Part shown: piece by piece, positions 48,201 through 61,321 of the stretch
Layout: the number at the start of each line of letters is the position of its first letter
Position numbering within the stretch: position 1 is the first letter of the stretch
Source of the DNA: Desulfatiglandales bacterium
GTDB taxonomy: Bacteria > Desulfobacterota > DSM-4660 > Desulfatiglandales > HGW-15
Reading direction: 5' to 3'
Length of the DNA stretch: 64,000 nucleotides
NCBI GenBank assembly: GCA_963667015.2
Contig: CAXXJJ010000001.1
Coordinates: 1,696,001-1,760,000, forward strand
Translations under genes and position numbers: made by a program
Notes under the pieces: generated by a model
Told to the model about the DNA's origin: nothing
What the model saw: the letters and a program-made list of their open reading frames with translations, nothing else
Database searches by the model: none

Positions 48201-49368
48201 AAAAGAGTTAATTTCAGGTTCTTCTTTAAAGGCAAACCTTAAGGATGCAAACACCGGAAAGACTCTTTTAAGTAATAAAAAAGACATTACAGATGAAATA
48301 ATTGACGAACTTCCCGTAACTGCCTGGTCAGGAGCTGATATCAAGGCTTCAATGGACCTGATTGATAAAATGGAGGCAGTAATCGATAAATTCAAAGAGC
48401 GGGTTGATCATGTAAACAGCGTTTTTGAGGATAAGATGGAGAAGCTCAGCATGGGTGATGAGCTTGCTCCCGGTGTTATCAAAATGGTCAAGGTCTACAT
48501 AGCAGTGAAGAGAAAATTATCGGTCGGGGATAAAATGGCAGGCCGTCATGGAAACAAAGGTGTTCTGTCACGCGTACTCCCGGTTGAAGATATGCCCTAT
48601 TTTGCTGACGGTACACCGGTAGATATTATTCTTAATCCCCTTGGAGTACCATCTCGAATGAATGTCGGTCAGGTTCTTGAAGCACATCTTGGCTGGGCAT
48701 CCAGGGCGCTTGGCAGGCAGATAGCTGAAGTTCTCGATAATTCAGAGGGTATTGAGACCCTGAAGAAAACTCTCAAAAATGCCTATTCCTCAAAAGAATA
48801 TAACCAGTTTTTTAAGGATTTGAATGATGAAGATCTAGTATCTACAGCCAGCCTGTTGAAGGATGGTGTTCATATGGCTTCTCCTGTTTTTGATGGTGTA
48901 GAGGAAGAAGAAATACAAAAATCACTTGAAAGGGCAGGACTTCCCGTAACCGGGCAATCCATACTTTATGATGGACGGACAGGTGAGGCCTTTGAACAGC
49001 CGGTAACTGTCGGTATTATGTATATTCTTAAATTGCATCATCTAGTTGATGATAAAATACATGCCAGGTCTATCGGCCCGTATTCACTTGTTACACAGCA
49101 GCCTCTTGGAGGAAAAGCGCAGTTTGGCGGACAGAGGCTGGGGGAAATGGAAGTATGGGCTATGGAAGCATACGGAGCGGCTTATTCATTACAGGAATTT
49201 CTTACTGTTAAGTCAGACGATGTTGCCGGCCGTACACGTATGTATGAGCGGATTGTAAAAGGTAATAATATACTTGAAGCAGGACTTCCCGAATCATTTA
49301 AAGTCATGATGAAGGAATTATTAAGCCTTGGGCTTGAGTTCCAGCTTCTTGAAGATATCAACAGCTGA
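45256..49368 (+). CDS. rpoB: RNA polymerase beta subunit
   Basis: [30 protein letters not shown]. Confidence 0.99.
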   Translation: MKEMNGVRRRVRRNFGKIGKTIDIPNLIEVQKHSYERFLQKDIQPEDREDTGLQSPFKSVFPIQDFSGTSSLEFVKYSFEPAKYDETECLSKGMTYEAPLRLTARLLVFDTDAENGTKSIRDIKEQEIYFGTIPMMTRRGTFIINGTERVIVSQLHRSPGVFFDHDKGKTHSSGKLLYSARIIPLRGSWLDFEFDPKDLLHVRIDRRRKFPATTFLKALGYTTRELLAEFYDTEMIYISEEGCFRDVNFENLYRKRLTKDVSSPKSKKLIAKAGDKYTKRLHKMFETAGIEKLPINIEDVEGKILIDDLIDEETGEVLISRNQAITAENLEVLLEKGIKQVECLVLDAPGVSPTIHDTILLDKIDNAEEAKLEIYRKMRPSSPPTQEVANNFFNNLFFNLASFDLSTVGRLKLNYRLNLDDVPNDLRTLRKEDIIIIVKELIRLKYSEASVDDIDNLGNRRVRAVGELLENQYRIGLVRMERAIKERMSLQEVETLMPHDLINSKPVSAVVKEFFGTSQLSQFMDQTNPMSEVTHKRRLSALGPGGLTRERAGFEVRDVHPTHYGRICPIETPEGPNIGLIVSLSTFARVNEYGFIETPYRHVEGGKVSKEISYLSALDERDYPIAQANAPLNKNGEFINKEAAVRIEGEATKAPVDEIRYMDVSPDQLVSVSASLIPFLEHDDANRALMGSNMQRQGVPLLKAKAPLVGTGIEWVVAKDSGVTVVAEHDGVIEDVDSSRIVIRSTGNDEKEEEVKIHKLVKYQRSNQNTCYNQRPIVRKGDLVAKDQIIADGPATEMGELALGQNVMVAFMSWGGYNFEDSIIVSERVVKEDIYTSIHIEEFEVVSRDTKLGKEEITKDIPNVGEEALGNLDESGIIKIGAEVEVGDILVGKITPKGETQLSPEEKLLRAIFGDKAGDVKDTSLRVPPGVEGTVIDAKVFSRRGVEKDKRSQTIEKKEIERLEKDRADEIEIVEKSVKRRLKELISGSSLKANLKDANTGKTLLSNKKDITDEIIDELPVTAWSGADIKASMDLIDKMEAVIDKFKERVDHVNSVFEDKMEKLSMGDELAPGVIKMVKVYIAVKRKLSVGDKMAGRHGNKGVLSRVLPVEDMPYFADGTPVDIILNPLGVPSRMNVGQVLEAHLGWASRALGRQIAEVLDNSEGIETLKKTLKNAYSSKEYNQFFKDLNDEDLVSTASLLKDGVHMASPVFDGVEEEEIQKSLERAGLPVTGQSILYDGRTGEAFEQPVTVGIMYILKLHHLVDDKIHARSIGPYSLVTQQPLGGKAQFGGQRLGEMEVWAMEAYGAAYSLQEFLTVKSDDVAGRTRMYERIVKGNNILEAGLPESFKVMMKELLSLGLEFQLLEDINS

Positions 49369-49433
49369 TCAGATATATTGGGTTAGAATGAAAAAAATAA
49401 TCGATAATACTTTTTCAAAAGAAGGAGGAGACA

Positions 49434-52400
49434 TTGGAAGAACTATATAACTTCTTTACGAAGCCAAAGGATCCATCAAGTTATAACGCGGTAAGGATCT
49501 CATTGTCGTCCCCTGAAATGATTCTTGAACGTTCATATGGTGAGGTTAAAAAACCTGAAACCATAAACTATCGAACATTTAAACCTGAAAGAGACGGGCT
49601 TTTCTGTTCTAAAATATTCGGTCCCATAAAAGATTACGAATGTAACTGCGGTAAGTATAAAAGAATGAAACATCGCGGGATAATCTGTGAAAAGTGCGGT
49701 GTTGAGGTAATACAGTCAAAGGTGCGCAGAGAGCGTATGGGTCACATTAAGCTGGCTTCTCCTGTTGCACATATCTGGTTCCTGAAGTGTCTTCCGTCCA
49801 AGATCGGTAATCTGCTTGACCTTACCCTGAAAGATCTTGAGAGGGTTCTTTACTTTGAGAACTTTATTGTAATCGATCCAAAAGATACTCCTCTTGTCAG
49901 GTCTTCACTCCTGAATGATGAACAGCTGATGAGGGCAAAAGATGACTATGGTGACAGATTTGAATATGGTGTTGGTGCCGAAGCAATTCAGAAGATGCTT
50001 ATGGAGCTGGATCTCGAAAGCCTGTCTGTAGAACTCAGAGAAGAAATGATCACCACCAGGTCTGAAGCAAAGAGGAAAAAACTGACAAAACGCCTTAAGG
50101 TAATAGATGCATTTAAGGAGTCAAAAAACAAGCCGGAATGGACCATCATGGATGTTATCCCTGTCCTGCCTCCTGATCTAAGGCCTCTTGTTCCGCTTGA
50201 TGGCGGAAGGTTTGCTACATCAGATCTTAATGATCTCTATCGAAGGGTAATTAACAGAAATAACAGGCTTAAAAGACTCCTGGAATTGAATGCCCCGGAT
50301 ATAATTGTACGTAATGAAAAGAGGATGCTTCAGGAATCTGTAGATGTGCTTTTTGATAACGGGCGAAGAGGCAAGGTTGTTACAGGTGCCAATAAGAGAC
50401 CTTTCAAATCACTCAGCGATATGCTTAAGGGAAAGCAGGGAAGATTCAGGCAGAATCTTCTTGGAAAGCGTGTCGACTATTCAGGACGTTCGGTTATTAC
50501 TGTTGGCCCGGACTTAAGACTGCATCAGTGCGGATTACCCAAAAAAATGGCCCTGGAGCTCTTTAAACCCTTTATCTATAATAAACTTGATGAAAAGGGA
50601 TTTGCTACAACAATAAAATCAGCCAAAAAGATGGTTGAAAGGGAAACCCCGGAAGTATGGGATGCTCTGGATGATGTGGTAAGAGAATACTGTATTCTCC
50701 TTAACCGTGCTCCAACACTCCATCGTCTGGGTATTCAGGCATTTGAACCAATCCTTGTGGAAGGAAAAGCTATTCAGCTTCATCCTCTGGTTTGTACGGC
50801 ATTTAATGCAGACTTTGACGGTGACCAGATGGCTGTTCATGTACCGCTTTCTATTGAGGCACAGGTCGAAGCCAGGGTCCTTATGATGTCGACAAATAAT
50901 ATCCTGTCACCTGCTGACGGTACTCCAATAATTGTACCAAGCCAGGATATAGTTCTTGGAATCTATTATATGACCAGGGACAGAGTCTTTGCAAAAGGTG
51001 AAGGGATGATTTTTGCCAATACAGACGAAGTGCGTATGGCCTATGATGCTGAAGCCATTTCACTGCATGCAAAAATAAAGGTCAGAATAAATGGCAAGAT
51101 AGAAGAAACCACAACGGGCAGGGTCCTTTTAAGTGAAATATTGCCTGAAGAGCTTCCCTTTACCCTGATCAATCAGGTAATGACGAAAAAGAAACTGGTC
51201 AACCTGATAAATGAATGCTACAGGCGGGCAGGTATCAAGGCTACCGTAATCCTTTCTGACAGACTAAAGGATATGGGGTACAAATACAGCACAATATCTG
51301 GGACATCTATCAGTATTAAAGATGTTACTATTCCATCCAAGAAAATTTCAATAATTGAAGATGCTGAAAAGGAAATCAAAAAAATAGAAGACCAGTATAA
51401 AGGCGGTCTTATCACAAATGGTGAGAAGATAAATAAAGCAGTTGATATCTGGACCCAGGCAAATGACCAGATTACATCTGAAATGATGAAGGAAATGGGT
51501 GTTGAGAACGTTACTGCTCCGGATGGAAAATTACAGCAGACAGAGAGTTTTAATTCCATTTATATGATGTCGGATTCTGGCGCCAGGGGTAGTAAAGATC
51601 AGATGAGACAGCTGGCTGGAATGAGAGGCCTGATGGTTAAGCCTTCCGGTGAAATTATTGAAACCCCCATTACATCTAACTTTAGAGAAGGCCTTACCGT
51701 TCTCCAGTATTTTATCTCTACTCACGGTGCAAGAAAAGGTCTTGCTGATACTGCACTTAAGACTGCCAACTCGGGTTATTTGACAAGAAGGCTTGTTGAT
51801 GTTGCCCAGGATGCAGTTATTATGCAGGATGACTGTGGTACTGTAGACGGTATCTGGGTTACCTCCCTCATGGAAGGAGGAGAGATTATTCAGAGAGTTG
51901 GAGAAAGGGTACTGGGAAGAGTTGTGCTTGAGGATGTTTACGATCCCATTACGAACGAACTTCTTATCCCTGCTAATGAACTGATTGATGAGGCAAAGGT
52001 AAAACTCATTGAAGATGCAGGACTTGAAAAGATCCTTATCCGTTCTGTTCTTACATGTCAGGCAAAAGAGGGTGTATGTAAGAAATGTTACGGACGCGAT
52101 CTTGCTCATGGCCATGAAGTTAATATTGGTGAATCAATAGGTATTATCGCTGCTCAGTCTATCGGTGAACCTGGAACTCAGCTTACGATGAGAACCTTCC
52201 ATATTGGTGGAACTGCAAGCAAGAGAGTTGAACAGACAACTATTCAGGCGAGGAATGAAGGTAAGGTAAGTTTTATTGAACTCAAGACCGTCAAAAATGT
52301 CGAAGGCAGCCATATCGTAATGAACAGAAATGGTGAAATTGCGATTATAAGCGCCGGAGGCAGGGAAATTGAAAGATATCCTGTAACATATGGTGCAATT

Positions 52401-53510
52401 CTCAAGGTTAAGGATGGACAGGCCATCAACCCAGGTCAGGTACTAGCAGAATGGGATCCCTATACTATTCCTATTCTTACTGAAGTGGAAGGAACAGTAA
52501 AATTCGGAGATATTCTTGATGGCGTAACAATGCAGGAAAAGAGGGATAATGTAACGGGTAGAATCAGCCGTTTTATTATTGAATCCAGACAGACTGAGGT
52601 TCGTCCGAGAATATCAATCAAGGATGAAGATAATAAAACAGCAAGTCTTCCCAGTTCAACAAAGGCACACGCAAGATACCATCTTCCAATAGGTGCTATT
52701 ATCATGGTTTCCGAAGGTGACTCTGTAAAGGCTGGTGCAGTTCTTGCCAGAATACCAAGAGAGACGACAAAGACAAAGGATATCACCGGTGGACTCCCGA
52801 GGGTTGCAGAGCTTTTCGAAGTAAGAAAGCCCAAGGAGAACGCTATTCTGAGTGAAATCGATGGTACCGTTTCATTCGGTCAGTACAGCAAAGGTCGAAG
52901 AAGGGTAATTATTACTCCTGAGATTGGAGAGCCGGTTGATTATTTTATTACAAAAGGAAAACATGTAAGTGTCCTTGAGGGTGACTATGTCAGGGCCGGT
53001 GAACCCCTGATGGATGGTTCTGCAAACCCGCATGATATTCTTAAGATCAGAGGTTTGAAGGAACTTGCAAAATATCTGGTAAATGAAGTACAGGAAGTTT
53101 ACAGGCTTCAGGGTGTTTCTATAAATGATAAACACATCGAAGTAATAGTAAAACAGATGTTGCGCCAGGTTACAGTTAAGGATGTCGGATCTTCAGGATT
53201 TTTACTTGGCGAACAGGTAGAAAAGTGGAAATTTGAAGACGAAAACAGCAGGATAATCGAGCAGGGAGGTACCCCGGCTACCGCAGAGCCTCTTCTCCTT
53301 GGGATAACAAAGGCATCACTCAGTACCGAAAGCTTTATTTCGGCTGCATCTTTTCAGGAAACAACGAAGGTGCTTTCTGACGCAAGTATTGCCGGTAAGA
53401 TAGATAAGTTACGGGGTCTGAAAGAAAATGTAATAATGGGAAGGTTGATTCCTGCCGGAACGGGTGTAAAAGAATATAGAGAACTTGATATAACCGTTTC
53501 TAATAACTAG
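49434..53510 (+). CDS. rpoC: RNA polymerase beta' subunit
   Basis: NADFDGD active-site motif, N-terminal Zn finger; TTG start after AGGAGGAG. Confidence 0.99.
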   Translation: MEELYNFFTKPKDPSSYNAVRISLSSPEMILERSYGEVKKPETINYRTFKPERDGLFCSKIFGPIKDYECNCGKYKRMKHRGIICEKCGVEVIQSKVRRERMGHIKLASPVAHIWFLKCLPSKIGNLLDLTLKDLERVLYFENFIVIDPKDTPLVRSSLLNDEQLMRAKDDYGDRFEYGVGAEAIQKMLMELDLESLSVELREEMITTRSEAKRKKLTKRLKVIDAFKESKNKPEWTIMDVIPVLPPDLRPLVPLDGGRFATSDLNDLYRRVINRNNRLKRLLELNAPDIIVRNEKRMLQESVDVLFDNGRRGKVVTGANKRPFKSLSDMLKGKQGRFRQNLLGKRVDYSGRSVITVGPDLRLHQCGLPKKMALELFKPFIYNKLDEKGFATTIKSAKKMVERETPEVWDALDDVVREYCILLNRAPTLHRLGIQAFEPILVEGKAIQLHPLVCTAFNADFDGDQMAVHVPLSIEAQVEARVLMMSTNNILSPADGTPIIVPSQDIVLGIYYMTRDRVFAKGEGMIFANTDEVRMAYDAEAISLHAKIKVRINGKIEETTTGRVLLSEILPEELPFTLINQVMTKKKLVNLINECYRRAGIKATVILSDRLKDMGYKYSTISGTSISIKDVTIPSKKISIIEDAEKEIKKIEDQYKGGLITNGEKINKAVDIWTQANDQITSEMMKEMGVENVTAPDGKLQQTESFNSIYMMSDSGARGSKDQMRQLAGMRGLMVKPSGEIIETPITSNFREGLTVLQYFISTHGARKGLADTALKTANSGYLTRRLVDVAQDAVIMQDDCGTVDGIWVTSLMEGGEIIQRVGERVLGRVVLEDVYDPITNELLIPANELIDEAKVKLIEDAGLEKILIRSVLTCQAKEGVCKKCYGRDLAHGHEVNIGESIGIIAAQSIGEPGTQLTMRTFHIGGTASKRVEQTTIQARNEGKVSFIELKTVKNVEGSHIVMNRNGEIAIISAGGREIERYPVTYGAILKVKDGQAINPGQVLAEWDPYTIPILTEVEGTVKFGDILDGVTMQEKRDNVTGRISRFIIESRQTEVRPRISIKDEDNKTASLPSSTKAHARYHLPIGAIIMVSEGDSVKAGAVLARIPRETTKTKDITGGLPRVAELFEVRKPKENAILSEIDGTVSFGQYSKGRRRVIITPEIGEPVDYFITKGKHVSVLEGDYVRAGEPLMDGSANPHDILKIRGLKELAKYLVNEVQEVYRLQGVSINDKHIEVIVKQMLRQVTVKDVGSSGFLLGEQVEKWKFEDENSRIIEQGGTPATAEPLLLGITKASLSTESFISAASFQETTKVLSDASIAGKIDKLRGLKENVIMGRLIPAGTGVKEYRELDITVSNN

Positions 53511-53586
53511 ATAATTTAAAAATGAAATATTTAAATTAAAATGAAGGTTATAATAGATAGAAAAATAAAAAATATTTAAAAATTAC

Positions 53587-53615
53587 TTGACAATTTTCCA
53601 TAATGTCAATAAAAA
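53587..53615 (+). promoter_or_regulatory. Putative str operon promoter
   Basis: TTGACA-17 nt-TAAAAA upstream of rpsL. Confidence 0.55.
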
Positions 53616-53700
53616 GAGTGGTTCTTTGATTGCAGTATTTTTTAGCATCAAAAATTCTTGAAATAAGCGAATTAAGCAAAAGGAAGGGCAATAAAACAGA

Positions 53701-54078
53701 ATGCCAACTATAAATCAGTTAATAAGAAAAGGACGGAAGAAATCCAGGAAAAAAGTAAAAACTCCTGCTTTGGAAGCATGTCCTCAGAAACGAGGCGTAT
53801 GCGTAAGGGTTTATACTCAAACTCCGAAGAAGCCTAACTCCGCATTAAGAAAAGTCGCCAGGGTGAGATTAACCAATGGCATTGAAGTGACTTCCTATAT
53901 TCCGGGTGTTGGTCATAATCTTCAGGAGCACTCGGTTGTTTTAATTCGTGGTGGTCGTGTTAAGGACTTACCAGGTGTAAGGTACCACATTTTAAGGGGT
54001 ACAATGGATACGTCTGGAGTGGAAGATAGAAGACAGGCACGTTCAAAATACGGCGCAAAAAAACCCAAAGCGATATAA
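53701..54078 (+). CDS. rpsL: 30S ribosomal protein S12
   Basis: [28 protein letters not shown]. Confidence 0.99.
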   Translation: MPTINQLIRKGRKKSRKKVKTPALEACPQKRGVCVRVYTQTPKKPNSALRKVARVRLTNGIEVTSYIPGVGHNLQEHSVVLIRGGRVKDLPGVRYHILRGTMDTSGVEDRRQARSKYGAKKPKAI

Positions 54079-54093
54079 TTTACAGGAGTAGTT

Positions 54094-54564
54094 ATGCCAA
54101 GAAAAAGGTTGATAATTAAAAGAGAGATAATTCTTGATCCTAAATACAAGAGTCAGCTTCTCGCCAAATTTATTAACTGTATGATGTCAAAGGGAAAAAA
54201 AAGCCTATCACAGGCAATTCTCTATGAGTCATTTGATATAATTAAAGAAAAAACACAGGAAGATCCCTTATCCGTATTTCAGAAGGCAGTGAATAATGCA
54301 AAACCACTTGTAGAGGTTAAATCCAGGAGAGTTGGCGGATCAACCTATCAGGTGCCCACTGAAGTTCGTGCAAACAGGAGTCAGGCATTAGGAATAAGAT
54401 GGCTTATATCATTTGCAAGGTCCAGGGGAGAAAAGAGCATGGCTGCAAAACTTGCAGGCGAACTGATGGATGCAGCGGCTAAAAAAGGTGCAGCGATTAA
54501 AAAGAAGGAAGATACGCATAGAATGGCTGAGGCCAATAAGGCTTTTGCGCATTATCGCTGGTAA
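54094..54564 (+). CDS. rpsG: 30S ribosomal protein S7
   Basis: [25 protein letters not shown]. Confidence 0.99.
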   Translation: MPRKRLIIKREIILDPKYKSQLLAKFINCMMSKGKKSLSQAILYESFDIIKEKTQEDPLSVFQKAVNNAKPLVEVKSRRVGGSTYQVPTEVRANRSQALGIRWLISFARSRGEKSMAAKLAGELMDAAAKKGAAIKKKEDTHRMAEANKAFAHYRW

Positions 54565-54638
54565 CACATTGAAATATGATAATAGAATACTAATATATAA
54601 AAAATATTTTTCATTATTGCTCTTAAAGGGGGATAGCG

Positions 54639-55832
54639 ATGTCTAAACAAAAATTTGAAAGGACTAAGCCACACGTAAACGTTGGAACAATCGGTCATAT
54701 AGACCATGGAAAGACGACACTTACGGCTGCGATAACAAAGCTGATGGCCATGAAGGGTGGTGCTGAATTTGTACCCTTTGATTCAATAGACAAGGCACCG
54801 GAAGAAAAGGCCAGAGGAATAACAATAGCGACAGCGCATGTTGAATACCAGACAGAAAACAGGCATTATGCACATGTTGATTGTCCTGGTCATGCTGACT
54901 ATATAAAGAACATGATAACAGGAGCCGCCCAGATGGACGGAGCGATTCTTGTAGTTGGCGCAGACGATGGTCCAATGCCGCAGACAAGAGAGCATATCCT
55001 TCTAGCCCGTCAGGTTGGTGTACCAAACATGGTTGTATTTTTGAATAAATGCGACATGGTTGATGATGAAGAGCTTATCGAACTTGTAGAACTTGAACTC
55101 AGAGAGCTTTTGAGCAAATACGAGTTTGACGGTGACAATATCACGATCGTTAGAGGTAGCGCATTAAAGGCCCTCGAATGTGAGAGTGCAGACGATGAAG
55201 CGGCAAAGCCGATATATGAGCTGATGGATGCGATCGATAATGATATTCCGGAGCCTATAAGAGAGACAGATAAACCCTTCCTGATGCCGGTAGAAGATGT
55301 ATTCAGCATAAGCGGTCGTGGAACAGTTGTGACCGGCAGGATAGAAAGAGGAATGGTCAAGGTTGGTGAGGAAGTAGAGATCGTAGGAATCAGAGATACC
55401 ACCAAGACAGTATGTACAGGTGTTGAAATGTTCAGGAAGATCCTTGATCAGGGTCAGGCAGGAGACAATGTAGGACTTCTGTTAAGAGGAACCAAGAGAG
55501 AGGATGTAGAACGCGGTCAGGTAGTAGCAGCACCCAAGTCAATTACCCCGCATACGAAATTCAAGGCAGAGGCATATATCCTTACAAAAGAGGAAGGCGG
55601 AAGGCATACCCCGTTTTTTAATGGATACAGACCTCAGTTTTATTTCAGAACCACCGACGTAACAGGTGTCGTGTCATTACCAGAGGGCGTAGAGATGGTA
55701 ATGCCCGGAGACAGTGTTTCAATAGAAGGTGCATTGATAACCCCGATAGCAATGGAAAAGGAACTCCGCTTTGCTATTCGTGAAGGTGGCCGTACAGTAG
55801 GCGCCGGCGTTATCCATGAAATAGTTGAATAG
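54639..55832 (+). CDS. tuf: Elongation factor Tu (str-locus copy)
   Basis: Protein differs from 40017..41210 by one residue (PVRE vs PIRE). Confidence 0.99.
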   Translation: MSKQKFERTKPHVNVGTIGHIDHGKTTLTAAITKLMAMKGGAEFVPFDSIDKAPEEKARGITIATAHVEYQTENRHYAHVDCPGHADYIKNMITGAAQMDGAILVVGADDGPMPQTREHILLARQVGVPNMVVFLNKCDMVDDEELIELVELELRELLSKYEFDGDNITIVRGSALKALECESADDEAAKPIYELMDAIDNDIPEPIRETDKPFLMPVEDVFSISGRGTVVTGRIERGMVKVGEEVEIVGIRDTTKTVCTGVEMFRKILDQGQAGDNVGLLLRGTKREDVERGQVVAAPKSITPHTKFKAEAYILTKEEGGRHTPFFNGYRPQFYFRTTDVTGVVSLPEGVEMVMPGDSVSIEGALITPIAMEKELRFAIREGGRTVGAGVIHEIVE

Positions 55833-55859
55833 TAAAGTGAAGTAATAGCAGGGAATAAA

Positions 55860-56183
55860 ATGATAGAGAAAGCGTTAGCTAACCAAAAGATAAGGATTCG
55901 TTTAAAGGCATATGATCATAAACTGCTGGATCAGTCTGCTTTGGAAATTGTAGATACTGTGAGGGAAACTGGTGCCAAAATAGCTGGTCCTATACCACTA
56001 CCTACTGTTATTAATAAATTTTGTGTTCTAAGGTCACCTCATGTGAATAAAAAGTCAAGAGAGCAATTTGAAATAAGAACTCACAAAAGACTTTTAGACA
56101 TACTGGAGCCTACACAACAAACAGTTGATGCCTTGATGAAGCTGGATCTGTCCGGCGGTGTTGACGTAGAGATTAAACTATAA
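55860..56183 (+). CDS. rpsJ: 30S ribosomal protein S10
   Basis: [32 protein letters not shown]. Confidence 0.99.
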   Translation: MIEKALANQKIRIRLKAYDHKLLDQSALEIVDTVRETGAKIAGPIPLPTVINKFCVLRSPHVNKKSREQFEIRTHKRLLDILEPTQQTVDALMKLDLSGGVDVEIKL

Positions 56184-56208
56184 GAGAACTATTGAGTTGG
56201 AGAATTAG

Positions 56209-56832
56209 ATGGGCAACAGGATCTTTGGTAAAAAACTCGGCATGACACAATACTTTATTAATGAAGGAAAAAGTGTGCCAGTCACATTGGTAAAAGCCGG
56301 CCCATGTGTTGTTATTCAGAAGAAGACCATTGATAAAGATGGTTACGAGGCTATTCAGGTTGGTTTTGAAGAAAAAAAGGAAAGCAGAGTCAATAAGCCT
56401 TTAAAGGGACATCAAAAGGCAGCCGGTGACAAATTTTACTACTATCTCAAAGAAATAAAGGTAAAGGATTCGAGTGAATACGAACTCGGGCAGGAGATAA
56501 CCGCAGCCGATGTGGTTCAGATAGGTGATATTGTAACTGTATCCGGAAAGAGCAAAGGAAGAGGATTTGCCGGCGTTATGAAAAGGCATGGCTTTGGCGG
56601 AGGGAGAAAGACACATGGATCGAGATCCCATAGAGTTCCCGGTTCAATAGGTATGAGTGCAACTCCATCCAGAGTTTTAAAAGGAAGAAAGCTTCCCGGA
56701 CATATGGGGGATGAAAGAACCACGGTAAAGAATTTAATGGTTCTTGATGTAAGACCTGAAATAAACCTTATAGCAATTAAAGGACCATTACCAGGTAGTG
56801 ATAATTCGATAATTGAAATCTGCAGAAAGTAA
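56209..56832 (+). CDS. rplC: 50S ribosomal protein L3
   Basis: GKKLGMTQ, SKGRGFAGVMKRH, LPGHMG. Confidence 0.98.
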   Translation: MGNRIFGKKLGMTQYFINEGKSVPVTLVKAGPCVVIQKKTIDKDGYEAIQVGFEEKKESRVNKPLKGHQKAAGDKFYYYLKEIKVKDSSEYELGQEITAADVVQIGDIVTVSGKSKGRGFAGVMKRHGFGGGRKTHGSRSHRVPGSIGMSATPSRVLKGRKLPGHMGDERTTVKNLMVLDVRPEINLIAIKGPLPGSDNSIIEICRK

Positions 56833-56864
56833 TTGCAGGTAATTAAAGAAGTGACAAATAAAAA

Positions 56865-57485
56865 ATGACAGTAATCGACGTATATAATCTAAAGGCAGAA
56901 AAGACAGCTGAGATTGAACTGAATGAGAAAATCTTTTGTGTTGCTGTTAGGAAAGATATTCTACATCAGGTAGTTGTCAGTCAGCTTAATAAAAGAAGAG
57001 CAGGAACAGCTGCTGTAAAAACACGATCTGAAGTAAATGGATCTCATAGTAAGATGTGGCGGCAAAAGGGTACTGGCCGCGCAAGAGTTGGTACCGGCTT
57101 AACTAATACAAGACGTGGTGGCGGCGTTGTATTTGGTCCTGTTCCCAGAAGCTATGCCACAAAGGTGCCTAAAAAGATAAAAAAGGCCGCAATAGCAATG
57201 GCATTGAGTGATAAGTGCAGTTCAAAGAAGCTTATTGTAGTTGATGACTTTTCTTTACCTGAAATTAAAACAAAGGAATTTGTTAAAGTCATGGGCAACT
57301 TTGATATTAAAAAAGCTTTGATTGTCACTGAAAATAAGAACGAGAACCTTGAAAAATCTTCAAGGAATGTTCCTGGCATTAAGGTGATCAGACATGAGGG
57401 CATTAATGTATATGATATCCTGAATCATGATCATCTCTTTTTAGTCAAACCTTCTATTGAAAAGATTGAGGAGGCATTGATTTAA
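56865..57485 (+). CDS. rplD: 50S ribosomal protein L4
   Basis: RAGTAAVKTRSEV, WRQKGTGRAR, GGGVVFGP. Confidence 0.98.
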   Translation: MTVIDVYNLKAEKTAEIELNEKIFCVAVRKDILHQVVVSQLNKRRAGTAAVKTRSEVNGSHSKMWRQKGTGRARVGTGLTNTRRGGGVVFGPVPRSYATKVPKKIKKAAIAMALSDKCSSKKLIVVDDFSLPEIKTKEFVKVMGNFDIKKALIVTENKNENLEKSSRNVPGIKVIRHEGINVYDILNHDHLFLVKPSIEKIEEALI

Positions 57486-57487
57486 TA

Positions 57488-57775
57488 ATGGATGTTTACA
57501 GTGTAATCAAAGAACCACATGTTGCAGAAAAGGCAAATATTCTGAAAGAAACAAACAATCAGATAGTGCTAAAAGTCGATCCCAGGGCAAATAAAATTGA
57601 GATTAAGAAAGCAACTGAACTTTTATTAAAGACTAAAGTTGTAAATGTTCGGACTCAAAATATGAAGGGAAAAAAGCGTCGTGTTGGCAAGAATATTGGT
57701 AAAAAACCTGACTGGAAAAAAGCTGTTGTAACGCTTGCACCAGGGGAAAATGTCGAATTTTTTGACGGCGTTTAA
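57488..57775 (+). CDS. rplW: 50S ribosomal protein L23
   Basis: ANKIEIKKA, WKKAVVTL. Confidence 0.97.
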   Translation: MDVYSVIKEPHVAEKANILKETNNQIVLKVDPRANKIEIKKATELLLKTKVVNVRTQNMKGKKRRVGKNIGKKPDWKKAVVTLAPGENVEFFDGV

Positions 57776-57841
57776 GAGCATTTGTTTGAGATTGATATAA
57801 TTTTAATAATTAGAAAAATATAGGATTATTTGGAGATATAA

Positions 57842-58663
57842 ATGGCTATAAAAGGTCATAACCCGACTTCACCCGGAAAAAGATTTCTTAAAAATAGTAC
57901 ATTTGAAGAAATAACAACTAATAGACCGGAAAAGAGTCTTGTAAAAACACTGAAAAAGAGTGGTGGACGAAACTCTTATGGCAGAATCACAGCTCGTTTC
58001 CGTGGAGGCGGTCACAAAAGACGTTACAGGATTATAGATTTCAAACGAAATAAAGATGGTATTCCAGCCAAGGTTGCCACGATAGAATATGATCCTAACA
58101 GGTCAGCAAATATAGCGCTGTTAAATTATGCGGATGGTGAGAAAAGGTATATTATTGCTCCAGCTGGTTTACAGGTAGGGGATGTGCTCAATTCCGGTCA
58201 AGGGGCAGAGATATCACTTGGAAATACCTTGAAGTTGAATGATCTCCCACTTGGTAGCCAGATTCACAATATTGAATTAAACCCAGGACATGGTGGTCAA
58301 ATAGTTAGAAGTGCCGGTACCTATGCGCAGTTAATGGCTAAGGAAGGTAAATATGCCCAGATAAAATTGCCGTCAGGAGAAGTCAGACTGATTTCCCTTG
58401 AATGCAGGGCAACTATCGGTCAGGTTGGTAACTCCGGATATATGGGAATCAGTCTTGGAAAAGCCGGAAGATCTCGATGGAAGGGGCGTAGACCACACGT
58501 TCGCGGTGTAGCAATGAACCCGGTTGATCATCCACATGGCGGTGGGGAAGGAAAATCATCGGGAGGAAGACATCCTGTAACACCATGGGGTGTTCCTACA
58601 AAGGGTTATAAAACAAGGGTAAGAAAGTCTAGCGATAAAATGATAATTAAGAAGAGAAAGTAA
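57842..58663 (+). CDS. rplB: 50S ribosomal protein L2
   Basis: [26 protein letters not shown]. Confidence 0.99.
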   Translation: MAIKGHNPTSPGKRFLKNSTFEEITTNRPEKSLVKTLKKSGGRNSYGRITARFRGGGHKRRYRIIDFKRNKDGIPAKVATIEYDPNRSANIALLNYADGEKRYIIAPAGLQVGDVLNSGQGAEISLGNTLKLNDLPLGSQIHNIELNPGHGGQIVRSAGTYAQLMAKEGKYAQIKLPSGEVRLISLECRATIGQVGNSGYMGISLGKAGRSRWKGRRPHVRGVAMNPVDHPHGGGEGKSSGGRHPVTPWGVPTKGYKTRVRKSSDKMIIKKRK

Positions 58664-58702
58664 TCAGTAGGATTATCTCTTTATTTAAATGGAGGAAAAG
58701 TT

Positions 58703-58990
58703 TTGCCAAGATCATTAAAAAAAGGACCATTTGTTGATGATCACTTGCTTAAAAAAGCTTCAATGGCTCAAGGAGCCGGGAGCCGAAATATAATCAAGAC
58801 TTGGTCAAGGAGATCTATAATCTTACCTGAATTTGTCGGGCTTACCTTTGCGGTTCATAATGGAAAAAAATTCATTCCTGTTTTTGTGACTGAAGATATG
58901 GTTGGACATAAACTGGGTGAGTTTTCCCTTACAAGGACCTTTTATGGTCATGCTGGAGACAAAAAATCAAGAGTAAAAGGTGGGAAATAA
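58703..58990 (+). CDS. rpsS: 30S ribosomal protein S19
   Basis: [26 protein letters not shown]. Confidence 0.98.
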   Translation: MPRSLKKGPFVDDHLLKKASMAQGAGSRNIIKTWSRRSIILPEFVGLTFAVHNGKKFIPVFVTEDMVGHKLGEFSLTRTFYGHAGDKKSRVKGGK

Positions 58991-59322
58991 TGGAATCAAG
59001 TGCTAAAGCAAGATATGTCAGGATTTCTCCCCAAAAAGCCCGCCTGGTAATGGACCAGATAAGAGGCAAGAGGGTGGAGGATGCATTAAACATGTTAAAA
59101 TTTGCACCTCAAAAGGGAGCTGCTCTTATATTAAAGGTTGTAAATTCCGCTGTGGCGAATGCACAACAAAACTCCGATGTAGATGTAGATAAACTGTATA
59201 TTAAGCGGATATTTGCTGATGATGGCCCAATGCTTAAAAGAATTATTCCACGTGCAAGTGGAAGGGCTACAAGGATATTAAAAAGAACTAGTCATTTGAC
59301 TGTTGTCCTTAACGATAACTAA
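58990..59322 (+). CDS. rplV: 50S ribosomal protein L22
   Basis: RISPQKARLV, SAVANA, PRASGRA, KRTSHLTV. Confidence 0.98.
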   Translation: MESSAKARYVRISPQKARLVMDQIRGKRVEDALNMLKFAPQKGAALILKVVNSAVANAQQNSDVDVDKLYIKRIFADDGPMLKRIIPRASGRATRILKRTSHLTVVLNDN

Positions 59323-59365
59323 AGATAAACATTTTAAGGATAGTACCAACAGGCGGAGGTAAAGA

Positions 59366-60004
59366 TTGGGACAGAAAGTAAATCCTATCGGTTTCAGACT
59401 GGGTATAAATAAGGAATGGGATTCAAAATGGTTCGCTGGTAAGGATTACGCCAGTTTCGTTTATGAAGATTTTCGTATTAGAAAATTTTTAAAGAAGAAA
59501 CTTCAGCAGGCAGGCGTTTCTAAAATTGAGATTGAAAGAGCCGCGAACAAGGTAAAATTAAAAATTCATACTGCAAGACCCGGGCTTGTTATCGGTAGAA
59601 AAGGTGCCGAGATTCAAAATCTTACCAAAGATCTTGGAAAGATAATCAATCGAGAATTCTTTATTGATATCCAGGAAGTAAGAAAGCCTGAAATTGATGC
59701 GCAGTTGCTGGCTGAAAATATAGCGTTACAGTTGGTACGAAGAGTTTCTTTCAGAAGGGCTATGAAAAAAAGTGTCAGTTCAGCTCTCCGATTTGGTGTG
59801 CAGGGTATTAAAATCTCATGCAGCGGAAGACTTGGCGGCGCTGAAATGGCACGAAGGGAATGGTACAGAAAGGGTCGTGTGCCGCTTCACACGATTCGGG
59901 CAGATATCGATTATGGATTTGCCGAGGCCTTTACAACTTATGGCGTTATCGGCATAAAGGTTACCATATTTAATGGCGAGATTTTACCAGATAAAAAGGA
60001 TTAA
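59366..60004 (+). CDS. rpsC: 30S ribosomal protein S3
   Basis: [29 protein letters not shown]. Confidence 0.98.
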   Translation: MGQKVNPIGFRLGINKEWDSKWFAGKDYASFVYEDFRIRKFLKKKLQQAGVSKIEIERAANKVKLKIHTARPGLVIGRKGAEIQNLTKDLGKIINREFFIDIQEVRKPEIDAQLLAENIALQLVRRVSFRRAMKKSVSSALRFGVQGIKISCSGRLGGAEMARREWYRKGRVPLHTIRADIDYGFAEAFTTYGVIGIKVTIFNGEILPDKKD

Positions 60005-60011
60005 TTAATAA

Positions 60012-60416
60012 ATGCTTAGTCCAAAGAAATTAAAATACAGAAAAAGACAAAAAGGCAGGATGAAAGGGCAGGCCAAGGGCAGTACTCTTGAATTCGGTGA
60101 ATTCGGTCTTCAGGCAACAGAATGCGGACGCATGACAGCTCAGCAGATTGAGTCCGCCCGTATTGCTATAACCAGACATGTAAAACGTGGTGGGAAAATA
60201 TGGATACGTATCTTTCCCGATAAGCCAATAACCAAAAAACCGCTTGAAACCAGAATGGGTAAGGGAAAAGGAGCTACCGAAGCCTGGGTAGCTATAATTA
60301 AACCTGGCAGAATTCTCTATGAAATGGAAGGTGTTGGTGAAAGTGTTGCCGCAGAGGCTTTCAGGCTGGCTGGACATAAACTTCCTTTTGGAACCAGGTT
60401 TGTCTGCAGGAGATGA
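60012..60416 (+). CDS. rplP: 50S ribosomal protein L16
   Basis: [16 protein letters not shown]. Confidence 0.98.
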   Translation: MLSPKKLKYRKRQKGRMKGQAKGSTLEFGEFGLQATECGRMTAQQIESARIAITRHVKRGGKIWIRIFPDKPITKKPLETRMGKGKGATEAWVAIIKPGRILYEMEGVGESVAAEAFRLAGHKLPFGTRFVCRR

Positions 60417-60610
60417 AAATGAAAGCAAAAGAAATTAGAGATATAGATAATCAGGAACTTGTAGAAAAAGAATCATCCCTGCGTCAGGAACTTTTTAACC
60501 TCAGATTTCAGAAAGCTACAGGCCAATTAGGTAATACTGCCATGATTGGGAAAACAAAAAAGGACTTGGCAAGAGTCAAAACTATTCTAAACGAATTAAA
60601 AAATAAGTGA
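60413..60610 (+). CDS. rpmC: 50S ribosomal protein L29
   Basis: [20 protein letters not shown]. Confidence 0.97.
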   Translation: MKMKAKEIRDIDNQELVEKESSLRQELFNLRFQKATGQLGNTAMIGKTKKDLARVKTILNELKNK

Positions 60611-60627
60611 TACTGGATGAGGTAGGC

Positions 60628-60924
60628 ATGAAAGAGCGAGGGGTTAGAAAAAAATTAGCAGGGGTTGTAGTTGGAACGAGCATGGATAAGACAGCTGTTG
60701 TTCTGGTCAACCAATTAATTAAACATAGCACGTATAATAAATACATACGAAGACATACAAAATATCTTGCACATGATCCAAATAATATTTGTCAGAATGG
60801 CGATAAAGTTAGGATCATTGAATCAAGGCCAATTAGTAAACTGAAAAGATGGCAGGTAATAGAAATTATAGAAAAAGTTGAAACTGTTGCCGTCGATACA
60901 GAAAAAGAAATGGCCCAGGAGTAA
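60628..60924 (+). CDS. rpsQ: 30S ribosomal protein S17
   Basis: [35 protein letters not shown] 60628 after GAGG. Confidence 0.96.
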   Translation: MKERGVRKKLAGVVVGTSMDKTAVVLVNQLIKHSTYNKYIRRHTKYLAHDPNNICQNGDKVRIIESRPISKLKRWQVIEIIEKVETVAVDTEKEMAQE

Positions 60925-60929
60925 TTGAA

Positions 60930-61298
60930 ATGATTCAAACAGAGACTAAACTTAAGGTTGCGGATAATTCTGGTGCAAAGCTGTTGACATGCATAAAAGT
61001 TCTCGGTGGATCTAAAAGAAGATACGCGAGCATTGGAGACATTATTGTAGTTGCTGTCAGAGAGGCAATGCCCAATTCAAAAGTCAGTAAAGGTAGCGTT
61101 ATGAAGGCTGTGATAGTAAGGACAGCAAAGGAAATAAGACGTCCGGACGGATCTCATATTAAGTTTGATGATAATTCAGCTGTACTTATTAACGCTCAGA
61201 ATGAACCTATAGGTACTCGAATCTTTGGCCCGGTTGCCAGGGAGTTGAGGGCTAAGAAATTTATGAAGATAATATCTCTTGCCCCTGAAGTACTTTAA
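60930..61298 (+). CDS. rplN: 50S ribosomal protein L14
   Basis: [27 protein letters not shown]. Confidence 0.99.
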   Translation: MIQTETKLKVADNSGAKLLTCIKVLGGSKRRYASIGDIIVVAVREAMPNSKVSKGSVMKAVIVRTAKEIRRPDGSHIKFDDNSAVLINAQNEPIGTRIFGPVARELRAKKFMKIISLAPEVL

Positions 61299-61321
61299 TT
61301 AAAATTTATGGAGTATCCTAA

